This document shows positions 49,865 through 59,106 of a stretch of DNA of 64,000 nucleotides, piece by piece; position 1 is the stretch's first letter; each line of letters starts with the position of its first letter. The notes under the pieces are model-generated. The model was not told where the DNA came from. It searched no databases and was given only the letters and a program-made list of their open reading frames with translations. The position numbers and the translations under genes were made by a program. Origin of the DNA: Candidatus Obscuribacteraceae bacterium (GTDB taxonomy: Bacteria > Cyanobacteriota > Vampirovibrionia > Obscuribacterales > Obscuribacteraceae); contig JBGAHS010000002.1 in assembly GCA_044226015.1 (NCBI GenBank), positions 64,001-128,000 of the forward strand. Reading direction: 5' to 3'.

Positions 49865-52221
49865 TGCAATCGATTACGCCGAGAAAAACGAAAACAGCTG
49901 TTTCACGCTATCGAATGATAGCGATGTACACGGCTGCTTTTTTGTTCTGCCTACAAACTACAAAGTTGCTGCCAGCATTGAGTCAGGGTCAAGCAACGAG
50001 CACTAGCGCCGAACCAGCGACAAAGAGTTCTCAATCTGAACCTGAATTGGAAACGATAATAAACAAGGTGTTTCTTGCATACGGTGGCAAAGAAGCGTTT
50101 TCAAAATTGTCCAGCAATAGCCTTTCCACAGGTGCTCAAAAAATTCTGAAGGATAGCTCGGGTCAGACTAAGACTAATCGCTACAGATCTGTTCGCAAAG
50201 GTCATGGTCTCAGGCTTGACGTCGAGTCAGAAGCAGGCTGGACAAGCACCGTATATGATGGCTTGCGTGCCTGGCGCATGGAAAATAAGGTTGTTCGTGA
50301 CCTCACTCCTGACGAAACCTCATTGTTGTCGAAAGAAGCGGATCGCGAGCCGGAAGTGCTCACACACTTCGGCGAAAGCAACTACACCTTTGTTTTACGA
50401 GGCAGCACTCTATACAAAGCCATTCCGGTTTATGCCATAGAAGTGTCACGGTCGGGCAACCCACCGACCACAATTTTCATTGACAAGAAAAATTACCTGG
50501 TCACTGCTATCAGCTACAAAGCAGTCGATCTCGAAAGCAAAACAAGTGCCACCATCACTATCGACTATGAGGAATATAGACCCTCTGGCGGCACTTTGAT
50601 AAGTTTCAAGAGAGTTGAATCAGTAAATGACGTTCCAAATGTAGAAACTGAAATTCAAACAGTTGAGCTTGGAAGCGTTAACGATGACGATGCCTTTCGC
50701 CGCCCTGACAGGCCAGATGAAGTTCGGCTAGACAAGGCAGTCAGCATACCTGTGCAATACACCCATAAAGAGTTGTTGGTCAAAGCAAGAATCAATGACG
50801 GCGAACCGATGGATTTTCTTTTCGACACTGGCGCCAATCAGACGCTAATCGACCGACGCGTGGCAGCAGAGAACCTGTTAGATAAGCAAGCCCCTATGGG
50901 AATGACGGCGGCTGCCGGAATGGTCTTCGGACAATCCACAGATCTACGACGATTGCAATTTGGTGACATGTCTGTACCTAATGTGCAAGCCGTCATTGTT
51001 GATCTTTCAGCTCATGCCCGACAGCTGGGAAAACCCATCGCTGGCGTGATCGGCACAAATGTATTGAACAAATTTGCAGTAACAATAGACTATGGCAAAT
51101 CAACAGTTACCTTCCGGGATTTCGCATCCTACAGAGCTCCGGCGAATTCCAACATTCTTCCATTTGTTGAGAAGAAAGGTCCGGTCATCACAATTCAGCT
51201 GAACGGAAAAGAGAATATACAATGCCTGGTAGATACCGGTGCAGCATTCAACAATCTGCCACCAGCTATTGGCAGAAAATACCAGACAGGACAATCTGTT
51301 CACTACACAGAAGGCGTGGGCGCCGACGGGCGTTCAGTGAAGCTCGGCACGGTGCAATTGAGTTCAGTCAAAGCCGGCACCTCGCTCGTCAAAGATGTTA
51401 GCTTCACTTATTCCGCTGACTTTGAACCGGCTAAAAAGGGCATCGTCACCGGCTCCAATATTGGCATTTTGGGCAACCCGTTCTGGCAGAATTTTTGCGT
51501 CACCCTCGACTATCGAATGCGCCAGATAATTCTTCAAGCCAATCCGACACTCGCATCTCGGCAACAGCTCGAACAGCTCGTTAGCACTGGCGATTCGAAG
51601 CTGAATATCTATCGCGACTTCAGAGCCGCCGAACAGGCTTACCAGGCTGCTCTAAATAAAGTGCAGTTCCTCGGAGACCCGAAGCAGCAAGCCAGATTAT
51701 GGGGTCGACTCGGAAACCTGCGCCGCGTCATGGCGAAAGACCTCGGACGACCGGAGCAATCGCGCGTTGCGTATGAATATTTTTCAAAGGCACAAGATCT
51801 CGCTCATAAAATGGAAGACCGAGAAATAGAAGGCCGCATACTTGGAGATTGGGCGCTTTTGTATATGGATAACAACCAGATGCAAGAGGCACAGCAATCA
51901 CTTGAAGGAGCCGCAAGTTACGCGCCGCAAGACCCACAAGTGATGGTAGATTTCGCAGTATTCTTGAACAAGAGTCGACGATATGGCGAAATGCGCTACT
52001 ACATCGACAAAGCTTTGTTTATGGAACCAGCAAACTGGCAAGCGCTGTGGTATCGGCTCAAACTTTGCGAGACATTCAATGATATTGGCGCTCAGAAGGA
52101 CACCTTGAAGGAAATTTTGAAATATTATCCCTGGTCCAAACTCGCTCAAGACAAGTACACCGCCTTGACGGCTCCAACACCTCCGTCAGCTATTCCGCCG
52201 AATGATCAGGCACCGCGCTAA
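49864..52221 (+). CDS. Exported aspartyl protease: LolA-like N-domain + two retropepsin domains + TPR
   Basis: FLFDTGA and CLVDTGA with GVIG/GILG partners; C-terminal TPRs; TAATG overlap with kdsA. Confidence 0.85.
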   Translation: MQSITPRKTKTAVSRYRMIAMYTAAFLFCLQTTKLLPALSQGQATSTSAEPATKSSQSEPELETIINKVFLAYGGKEAFSKLSSNSLSTGAQKILKDSSGQTKTNRYRSVRKGHGLRLDVESEAGWTSTVYDGLRAWRMENKVVRDLTPDETSLLSKEADREPEVLTHFGESNYTFVLRGSTLYKAIPVYAIEVSRSGNPPTTIFIDKKNYLVTAISYKAVDLESKTSATITIDYEEYRPSGGTLISFKRVESVNDVPNVETEIQTVELGSVNDDDAFRRPDRPDEVRLDKAVSIPVQYTHKELLVKARINDGEPMDFLFDTGANQTLIDRRVAAENLLDKQAPMGMTAAAGMVFGQSTDLRRLQFGDMSVPNVQAVIVDLSAHARQLGKPIAGVIGTNVLNKFAVTIDYGKSTVTFRDFASYRAPANSNILPFVEKKGPVITIQLNGKENIQCLVDTGAAFNNLPPAIGRKYQTGQSVHYTEGVGADGRSVKLGTVQLSSVKAGTSLVKDVSFTYSADFEPAKKGIVTGSNIGILGNPFWQNFCVTLDYRMRQIILQANPTLASRQQLEQLVSTGDSKLNIYRDFRAAEQAYQAALNKVQFLGDPKQQARLWGRLGNLRRVMAKDLGRPEQSRVAYEYFSKAQDLAHKMEDREIEGRILGDWALLYMDNNQMQEAQQSLEGAASYAPQDPQVMVDFAVFLNKSRRYGEMRYYIDKALFMEPANWQALWYRLKLCETFNDIGAQKDTLKEILKYYPWSKLAQDKYTALTAPTPPSAIPPNDQAPR

Positions 52222-52236
52222 GTGGATTAGCAAAAA

Positions 52237-53532
52237 TTGGGAATATACCGACTGGGTGGAAGATTGATGAACAGAATTTTTCTCAGTTGCGGTCTATTGC
52301 TGGTATTTTGCACTCAATGTGCAATCGGTCAGCAAAACTCGAATAGCGCCTACAATGAAGCCATTAAGTTAGCAAAATCTGGCCAGGCATTTGCAATAAA
52401 GCGAGACTGGCGAAATGCGTGCGCAGCTTATGAGCAGGCTTTGAAGATTTATCCGAACTATCCCGCCGTGAGAGTTGCACTGGCAAATGCATATGCAGAA
52501 TCTGCCAGCCTGCTCAAAGGTCAAGATGCAACTCCGTATTACAAAAGAGCTGCAGAACTAGACCCGAATAATACTCGCGCCAAAGACTGGCTAAATTCCA
52601 GCAGCAGTGGAAGTGCCGGTGCGAATGCCGGTCCAGGCACTAGTTCAAACTTGAGTGTTCAAGCAAATTCTGTCGCCAAGATTACAGACGGAAAGACAGA
52701 GTCACTGAGTCAATCAAACTCTGAACCATCTGATCTAGCCAGTCTGCCCGACGAAGATCGTGTTCCCATTAACAAGCGGCTTGGAAGGCTGATGGTAAAT
52801 GGTGAGGTTAATGGAAAGACAATAGAAATGCAATTCGACACTGGTGCAGAAGTCACCATGATTGGTGTCAATCACTTGAAAGAAATGGGGATTGACATCT
52901 CAAAGCTCAAGGGTGAAGCAGCTTACATCGGTGGCTCTGGTGGAAGTGCAATCAAAACACTGATTGTTCCACTAACGCTGCGCCTGGGAAAAACCAGCCG
53001 CAAAATCCCCTTCTTTGTGCATCCAAATTTGCCCTCACCACCTTTGGTAGGGCAGAGCTTCTTGCGAGGACTTCAATACGAAGTAAATAACCAGCTCTCA
53101 GTATTGATCTTACGAAAACCAAAAGCAGAACCAGTCGCCTCCAAACCTATTGATCCGAGAGACCGAAACGTAGTTGCTTTCACAATGCAAGGTAAGAGCA
53201 TCGTAGTAAATGTTGATGTTTGTGGCAAATCTGTCCCGATGATATTTGATACCGGTGCTGATGGCATAGCATTTCCACTGTCAGTCTGGAAACAACTGGA
53301 TTTAAAGGCAGCGCACCTCCTGGGAATGGGCACATCTACCGGTGTTGATGGAACTCGCCCCGTATTGGCTTATAGAGTGGAGAAGATTGACTTCGGCCCG
53401 GTAAATCTTCGCGATGTCACAGTAATGGTGAGTAACCCGGGTCCTCATATGCCTCTTTTGGGACAGAGGGTTCTGGGAGCCGAGAAGTACATTATTGACG
53501 AGAAAAGAAAGTTGATTATCTTTCACCGTTGA
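52237..53532 (+). CDS. Exported TPR + two retropepsin-domain aspartyl protease
   Basis: Signal peptide (likely ATG 52267), TPR, MQFDTGA and MIFDTGA, PLVGQ/PLLGQ. Confidence 0.88.
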   Translation: MGIYRLGGRLMNRIFLSCGLLLVFCTQCAIGQQNSNSAYNEAIKLAKSGQAFAIKRDWRNACAAYEQALKIYPNYPAVRVALANAYAESASLLKGQDATPYYKRAAELDPNNTRAKDWLNSSSSGSAGANAGPGTSSNLSVQANSVAKITDGKTESLSQSNSEPSDLASLPDEDRVPINKRLGRLMVNGEVNGKTIEMQFDTGAEVTMIGVNHLKEMGIDISKLKGEAAYIGGSGGSAIKTLIVPLTLRLGKTSRKIPFFVHPNLPSPPLVGQSFLRGLQYEVNNQLSVLILRKPKAEPVASKPIDPRDRNVVAFTMQGKSIVVNVDVCGKSVPMIFDTGADGIAFPLSVWKQLDLKAAHLLGMGTSTGVDGTRPVLAYRVEKIDFGPVNLRDVTVMVSNPGPHMPLLGQRVLGAEKYIIDEKRKLIIFHR

Positions 53533-53553
53533 GATTCAATCTATTTGCAGCAT

Positions 53554-54147
53554 TTATTTCTTGGCGCGTTGCTTTACTGCATCAGCTAGCCTTGTAAATT
53601 TCGGCGTAAACCAATACTTGCGCATTTCTTTATAGGTTTCATCGTAACCCCAGTCCTCTTGGGTTACTCGCCAAATACCGACCATGCATCCTGTCCTGTC
53701 AGAGCCGTGTGCGCAGTGCACCAGCACACTACCTTTTGATGGATCCTTCTGAGCCTCTTTGAGCGTGCTCAGCAACGTGTCGACCTGCTTCTCGGTCGGT
53801 GGTGCCGAAGTCATCGTCAACATTATGTACTTCAAGCCCAGCTCGTTAGCTACTTTCTCCTCATCGAACGCTCTTTCTGAGGGCGCGCGCAAATCAATTA
53901 CCGTACGAACCCCCATGTCTTTGAGCTTATGCATTCCTGCGACGCTAGGTTCACCACTTCTATATAGGAATGGATGAACCTCATGAAAATTCGGCAAATC
54001 CTCGACCTTTTTCTTTTCGCTCGCCGTCTTAGTCAGAGTTTCATGGTTTTTGGCGTCAGCCGCCCCGCTGTCTTGCTCCGCAAACGATGGGGACAAGCAA
54101 GAAAGCGACAGCAAAGCAGAAATTAGGACGAATCGAGAAAGAGTCAT
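53554..54147 (-). CDS. Exported tyrosine/dual-specificity phosphatase (Siw14-like)
   Basis: Signal peptide ..SPSFA; PNFHEV, LYRSG, VIDLR, HCAHGSDRTG (CX5R). Confidence 0.9.
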   Translation of the reverse strand: MTLSRFVLISALLSLSCLSPSFAEQDSGAADAKNHETLTKTASEKKKVEDLPNFHEVHPFLYRSGEPSVAGMHKLKDMGVRTVIDLRAPSERAFDEEKVANELGLKYIMLTMTSAPPTEKQVDTLLSTLKEAQKDPSKGSVLVHCAHGSDRTGCMVGIWRVTQEDWGYDETYKEMRKYWFTPKFTRLADAVKQRAKK

Positions 54148-54244
54148 TTTTTGTGAGCGCCTGCGGTAAGTATTGCAATTTAAGTTTAACGCAGAGGCGA
54201 TCTTAAGAGAAAGATTAAATCTCGCTCAAAGTTAATCAAAAAAT

Positions 54245-54272
54245 TGAACCTTTTCCCTCCGAATTACGTTTA
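54245..54272 (+). promoter_or_regulatory. Putative autoregulatory ECF promoter (copy 3)
   Basis: TGAACC-N16-CGTTTA, 40 nt upstream of the ECF sigma start; AAC/CGT core typical of ECF promoters. Confidence 0.7.
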
Positions 54273-54312
54273 TAGGGTAGAACCGAAACAAGCAGTTTAG
54301 GGGAATAGACAA

Positions 54313-54942
54313 GTGGACCCGAGTGACGAGGTTCTTTTAGAACAATATCGAAAAACAAGGGATCCCATGCTCTTCAAAACCTTGATTCGGCGATTCCAAA
54401 ATCGTCTCTTTAATTCGGCCTTCCGAATTTTAGGGAATCAGGAGGAGGCTGAAGAGGTTGTGCAAGAAACTTGCATAAGAATCCATCAAAGCATTGATCA
54501 GTTTGCGAAATCTTCGTCGCTGTCATTTGCCGCATGGATTTTTCGAATAGCGCATAACACCAGTTATGACATTGTTCGCAACCGTTCCAGAAAAAAAATG
54601 AGCAACACAGTCGTTTTCGATCCTACAGCTGAAGAAATTGGGGAAAACGGTGATGGAAAAACCATCACGCAACTTTCTGATCCCACTTCAGACCCAGCTT
54701 TGAAAGTCGACCATCACGAACAATCACAAATGATTGAGAAAATGCTGGAGCAACTTCCAGACTCACAGCGCGTGGTGCTCATACTTCATGATGTCGAAGG
54801 CTTTTCCTATGCGGAAATAGCAGAGATAATCGGAGAAAAACTAGGCACAGTTCGCTCTCGCCTCCATTACGGTCGGTCGAAATTAAAGGAGCTTCTCACT
54901 CCATATTATTCAGCCGGCACTTTATCTCAATCTCCAAGGTGA
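54313..54942 (+). CDS. ECF RNA polymerase sigma factor
   Basis: AEEVVQET, FAAWIFRIAHN (region 2); EGFSYAEIAEI..GTVRSRLHYGR (region 4). Confidence 0.95.
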   Translation: MDPSDEVLLEQYRKTRDPMLFKTLIRRFQNRLFNSAFRILGNQEEAEEVVQETCIRIHQSIDQFAKSSSLSFAAWIFRIAHNTSYDIVRNRSRKKMSNTVVFDPTAEEIGENGDGKTITQLSDPTSDPALKVDHHEQSQMIEKMLEQLPDSQRVVLILHDVEGFSYAEIAEIIGEKLGTVRSRLHYGRSKLKELLTPYYSAGTLSQSPR

Positions 54943-54948
54943 CAGCCC

Positions 54949-55869
54949 ATGTCTAATCCGGAAACTTGCCAGAAATATTCAGAATGCATGAGTGCATTCA
55001 TAGATGATGAACTTGCTGGTTCTGAACTCACAGAACTCCAAGAGCATTTGTCTAACTGCCCTTCTTGTGCTGAGGAACTTAGTGAGCTTGAGAAAGTAAA
55101 GAATGCGCTTGCCTCGTTGCCTAAGGCTCAAATGAAACGCGAGCTTGATTTTAGCTTTCTGGAAACTAATTCCAGTGCCAGCGATTGTGGGTCATTCACA
55201 GAGCTTCTTGATGCCTATCACGACAATGAGCTTGCCGCCGGTGAACGCTCTGATGTCGAAAAGCATCTAAGCGCATGCAACCCGTGCAGCCAAAAGCTCA
55301 GCGATATCGCAGCAGTGAGTTCAAGATTGAAATCACTACCTAAGATTGAACCATCTAGAGATATTGTTGGTGAAATGCAATTCGAAAACAAACAGAAGAA
55401 CAATGTCCTTCCGTTTAGGAAACACAGAATTGCTATTGCAACCGCTGCCGCAGCCGCTGTTGCAATTGTTTTTGCGATCAACTTCAAACCAGCAAATCAA
55501 CCTACGGTAGCAGTAAAACCGCAGACAGCACCAACATTGACAGCACAGCAAGCAATGCAAACAACAGCCCCTGCTAAACAGCCATCAAATGAAACTGAAC
55601 AAGCTTCAGCAACAGCACCTGAAATAGCGTCTAACACTGGAACGGAAGAGGCAACAACTGTTGGATTAGCAGCTCCAGAACCTGAACAAAAGCAGCCTAC
55701 CGCACAAAAACAAGTACCAGAGACTCAAGTTGCAGATTTAACGAAACCAAAAGCAGATGATTCAAAAGAGCAAAACGAAATTGCTTTGATGCCTGAAATC
55801 ACTGCCACAGGCGCAGATGCACTTGGAATTGCAACAGACGAGGACGGTCTATATGACATCAAGATCTAA
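54949..55869 (+). CDS. Membrane anti-sigma factor with two zf-HC2 (ZAS) domains
   Basis: HLSNCPSC and HLSACNPC motifs in duplicated units, then a TM helix and a low-complexity tail. Confidence 0.9.
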   Translation: MSNPETCQKYSECMSAFIDDELAGSELTELQEHLSNCPSCAEELSELEKVKNALASLPKAQMKRELDFSFLETNSSASDCGSFTELLDAYHDNELAAGERSDVEKHLSACNPCSQKLSDIAAVSSRLKSLPKIEPSRDIVGEMQFENKQKNNVLPFRKHRIAIATAAAAAVAIVFAINFKPANQPTVAVKPQTAPTLTAQQAMQTTAPAKQPSNETEQASATAPEIASNTGTEEATTVGLAAPEPEQKQPTAQKQVPETQVADLTKPKADDSKEQNEIALMPEITATGADALGIATDEDGLYDIKI

Positions 55870-57010
55870 AACAAACACAATTCGATTTTCTCTAATGATG
55901 TCATCACTCTTGGCGCTAAGTTCGGGTTTTGTTGCGCTTACGGCTGATGCTCAGAACACACAAGCAAAGAAAACGTCACTGGCGCAAGCGAACACAGGCA
56001 ATGAAGCTGACACCGCAAGCGATACTGCATCTGACGACGTTCGTGCTCGAAGAATGAAAAAGATTCGAGAGTATATGCAATCAAACGGCGGTGCAGGAAA
56101 TGATGGCGAAATGCCCAGCTCGCGCATGAAACAACGTTATCCAAATATGGGTAGGGGTAGAACGAATTACGCTGGACAGGGCGGCTTCCGAGGCTCATTT
56201 GAGGGATTTGGTGGTCCGGATGGACCTGCTGGTCCCAATGGACCTGGAGGTCCCGATGGACCAGGTCCTGGTGGACCCGGCGGACCTGGCGGACCCGGCG
56301 GACCTGGTGGTCCCGGTGGACCTGGTGGTCCTGGTAGTCCCGGCGCTGGTGGACCTGGTCCCGATAGTTTTGCGGCTCGCTTCGGCAATCGCGGCGGACA
56401 AGACTTCCGCAAGCGATTTCGCGAAGGAAGAGAACATGCCGGTGGAGGTGGCTTCGGTGGAAGACAGCTCGACCTCACACCGCTCGGTCTCAACGATGAG
56501 CAAAAAGAAAAAATCAGAGTTATGCGCGAGCAAACCAAAACAAAGGTCAAAGACATCAGGAAAGACTTGCTCACGAAGCAAGACGAGATGCGAAAACTGA
56601 TGTTTAATCCTGATGCTTCAGAAGCTCAGATCAGAGCAGCATCGACACAAGTAAGAAAACTCCAAACTCAAATGGATGATGCAAATATGAATGATTTGCT
56701 TGCCATTAGAGGAATGCTAACTCCCGAGCAACGCAAAAAACTACCCGACTGCGCCCCCGGCCGAAAGAACGGTGGTCCCGGAGGTCCCATGATCGGTGGC
56801 GGACCCGGCGGATTTGGTGGCAGAGGCGGTCCTGGTGGTCCAGGTGGGTTTGGCCCGCCAGGTGGTCCCGGTGGCTTCGGTCCTCCCGGCGGTCCAGGCC
56901 AAGGCAATTTCTCCCAGGGGCAGCAAGATGACCCACTAGAGGCACCATTCAGAGCACGAAAGAGCGGAAGAAGAGCGCTTAAAGCGGACAACAACTCAGA
57001 ATCAAAATAG
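55853..57010 (+). CDS. Spy/CpxP (LTXXQ) periplasmic protein with GPG repeats
   Basis: Signal peptide ..TADA/Q; LGLNDEQ and LTPEQ motifs; ATG 55853 with GAGGA RBS. Confidence 0.85.
   Translation: MTSRSKTNTIRFSLMMSSLLALSSGFVALTADAQNTQAKKTSLAQANTGNEADTASDTASDDVRARRMKKIREYMQSNGGAGNDGEMPSSRMKQRYPNMGRGRTNYAGQGGFRGSFEGFGGPDGPAGPNGPGGPDGPGPGGPGGPGGPGGPGGPGGPGGPGSPGAGGPGPDSFAARFGNRGGQDFRKRFREGREHAGGGGFGGRQLDLTPLGLNDEQKEKIRVMREQTKTKVKDIRKDLLTKQDEMRKLMFNPDASEAQIRAASTQVRKLQTQMDDANMNDLLAIRGMLTPEQRKKLPDCAPGRKNGGPGGPMIGGGPGGFGGRGGPGGPGGFGPPGGPGGFGPPGGPGQGNFSQGQQDDPLEAPFRARKSGRRALKADNNSESK
56210..56362 (+). repeat. Coding 9-bp tandem repeat (GPG)n
   Basis: GG(A/T)CC(C/T)GG(C/T) units encoding GPGGPGGPG; a second block at ~56771-56900. 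Confidence 0.9.
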
Positions 57011-57080
57011 TTTTAGTTCTTTTCTCCTTCAAGCAAACTGCAAGCACCATCCCGAACACAAATCCATACTGGAGGATCAC

Positions 57081-58292
57081 TTAGCCCAATTGTGGGTTCA
57101 CTATGAATTGTTCCAGTGCATCTTCGCGGGTGGTGAAGACAGTCGCTCTTTTACTTGATTCAATACCTAGCTTTCTGGCCGCTTCGCAGCACTCATGCAG
57201 GCGAATCTTCAGATTTTGATCAGGACTTTCCAGAGATTCAGAAAGAAGTTTGCGATCCACATTCCTTTCAGTGATTTTGTGATTTCGGTATGCACAAATC
57301 ATCAATCGAACAAGCGGAAACAAAACAAAAGCATTTCCATACATCCACAATGCCGTCAGGAAGCCGAAAGCTAAGGGCTTCGTAACAATGGACGGAAGCG
57401 TAGCAAAGGTGAAGTACATAAAGTTAGCACCAACAAAATTTAGAATTGCCAGAAACAAAACAGGCGACAAGTCACTGGATTTGATACCACTAAAATGCCA
57501 ATTCCTCTCTTGCAAATAGCCTGCCGTTTCAGAAGAATGAGAGGCAGAATCATTCTTCTCAAGGGATGGGAAATAATAGGCTATAGAACCACTCTCGGTC
57601 ACCACCGGCATTCCATCAAGACGGACTAAGACTTCGAGATCAAACTTCTCAAAATCCATATCTAGTGCCCAAACTCTTATTTGTTCAGGGACAACCATTC
57701 CATTATTGTCTCTGATGGTTCTTGCAGTGTTCACCCATCGCTCTTTTTCTAAGCCAGCATTCGGGTTGGCAGGTCCGAAAAGAAATGCGTAACAGTTTTC
57801 CAGAATCGGAGGAAGGCGCAAAAACTTTTTCTCGTCTTTTCCGTGACTATTTTTCACCATCTGAAGGAGTATCACGAAAAATTCGCGAAACATTTTTCTG
57901 GCAACAGCTTCCATATTGAAAAACACGGAAACGACCTCTAGAACTATAAAGCAAACTGAATAAACCAAAACGATCGACACAAATAAAGCAGCGCCAATTG
58001 CTAGCTTCAAGACAACAACCAATAGGTTTAAGAGCAAGCAGAAAAGAAATGAAAGTCCTCTGCTAAATGCGCTAGCTCTTGAGCGTAAGAGAATATTTGA
58101 AGGAAACCCGTAGGCAATTTTGCCATCTGACCTCACTTCTAGATGGGCAACACATTCAAATGCAAGTGCATTCAAACAGCGGTTAACACAGAGCACAGGT
58201 AGCCCAGTTCTTTCGACAACATCGGCAACAGTAACCATACCAGCGATTGAAGAAACCGCCCTGGCTACCGCGACCTTCTCTGCCTTATCCAA
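57081..58292 (-). CDS. Membrane protein resembling the cyanobacterial/plastid At5g03900 family
   Basis: VTVADV..GL..LA..HLEV..DGKIAYGFP; FLFGPANPNAGLEKERW..IRDNNGMVVPEQI; DGMPVVTESGSIAYYFP; YLQERNWHFS. Confidence 0.7.
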   Translation of the reverse strand: MDKAEKVAVARAVSSIAGMVTVADVVERTGLPVLCVNRCLNALAFECVAHLEVRSDGKIAYGFPSNILLRSRASAFSRGLSFLFCLLLNLLVVVLKLAIGAALFVSIVLVYSVCFIVLEVVSVFFNMEAVARKMFREFFVILLQMVKNSHGKDEKKFLRLPPILENCYAFLFGPANPNAGLEKERWVNTARTIRDNNGMVVPEQIRVWALDMDFEKFDLEVLVRLDGMPVVTESGSIAYYFPSLEKNDSASHSSETAGYLQERNWHFSGIKSSDLSPVLFLAILNFVGANFMYFTFATLPSIVTKPLAFGFLTALWMYGNAFVLFPLVRLMICAYRNHKITERNVDRKLLSESLESPDQNLKIRLHECCEAARKLGIESSKRATVFTTREDALEQFIVNPQLG

Positions 58293-58307
58293 TCAACAGC
58301 CTCCGGC

Positions 58308-58988
58308 TTATGCCTTTGAACTCAACTTCTTTAAATAGACGTCTGTTTTTGCCAATTCGATTTTGTTATGCATTTTGCCCAGTATTTCTCGATAATCCTG
58401 CAAGAGTAAGAGGTCGTTGTTGCCATTTTGCTTCGACAAATTCTGGCTTGCAAAATACCTGGAGTAGGCTTTTGCAGCATTCAGGTTGTTTCCACATTTG
58501 CGATGAGAAAATGCAAGGCTCTGTAAAACGCGTCCCAACTTTGGATCCTTAAGCCCGTGTGATTCATATATAGCAAGGGCATCGTTCAAGACTCGGCTTG
58601 CGTGAGTATACATCTGCAACTTGCAATAGCTTATTCCAAGGTCTTCCAACACTTCGGCATACTGAACTGTCATCAATTGATTTTTCTTTGCCAACAGATG
58701 TAGCACCTTTTCAAAGGAGCTTATTGCAGGAAGATGCTTTCCTTCCATTTGCTGACAGACACCAAGCGAACGTAATGCCAGAATGCGATCAGCATCTGAA
58801 ATAGCCTGATGGTTTGACTGCCGAACTGCCAGCGCAAGGGAGTTCTCAGCATCGGCAAATCGCTCTTGATCAAGCTCTGCAAGCCCATCCTTCAGGTAGC
58901 GGCTAAACATGGCGGAGTATTGAGCACCACAGGCGGTGCAAGATTGAACAATAAGCAAAAGCAGCAAAGTTGAAACGACAGTTCTCAT
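58308..58988 (-). CDS. Exported TPR protein
   Basis: Likely ATG 58988 with signal/lipoprotein-like leader; TPR helices (LRSLGVC, LEDLGISY, LQSLAFS). Confidence 0.75.
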   Translation of the reverse strand: MRTVVSTLLLLLIVQSCTACGAQYSAMFSRYLKDGLAELDQERFADAENSLALAVRQSNHQAISDADRILALRSLGVCQQMEGKHLPAISSFEKVLHLLAKKNQLMTVQYAEVLEDLGISYCKLQMYTHASRVLNDALAIYESHGLKDPKLGRVLQSLAFSHRKCGNNLNAAKAYSRYFASQNLSKQNGNNDLLLLQDYREILGKMHNKIELAKTDVYLKKLSSKA

Positions 58989-59106
58989 GGAAAGAGAGTC
59001 TCCGAATCGCTCAGGACAAAACGCAAACAAACGGTAGTAATCAACGTTTTAGTCTAAGCAAATTTCGTATAAAAGTCGTTAGGATGGCTTGCCTGATAGC
59101 TATCTG

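Noticed and set aside
56167..56600. Collagen-like and other alternative-frame ORFs
   Set aside because: Shadows of the (GPG)n repeat in the Spy/CpxP gene
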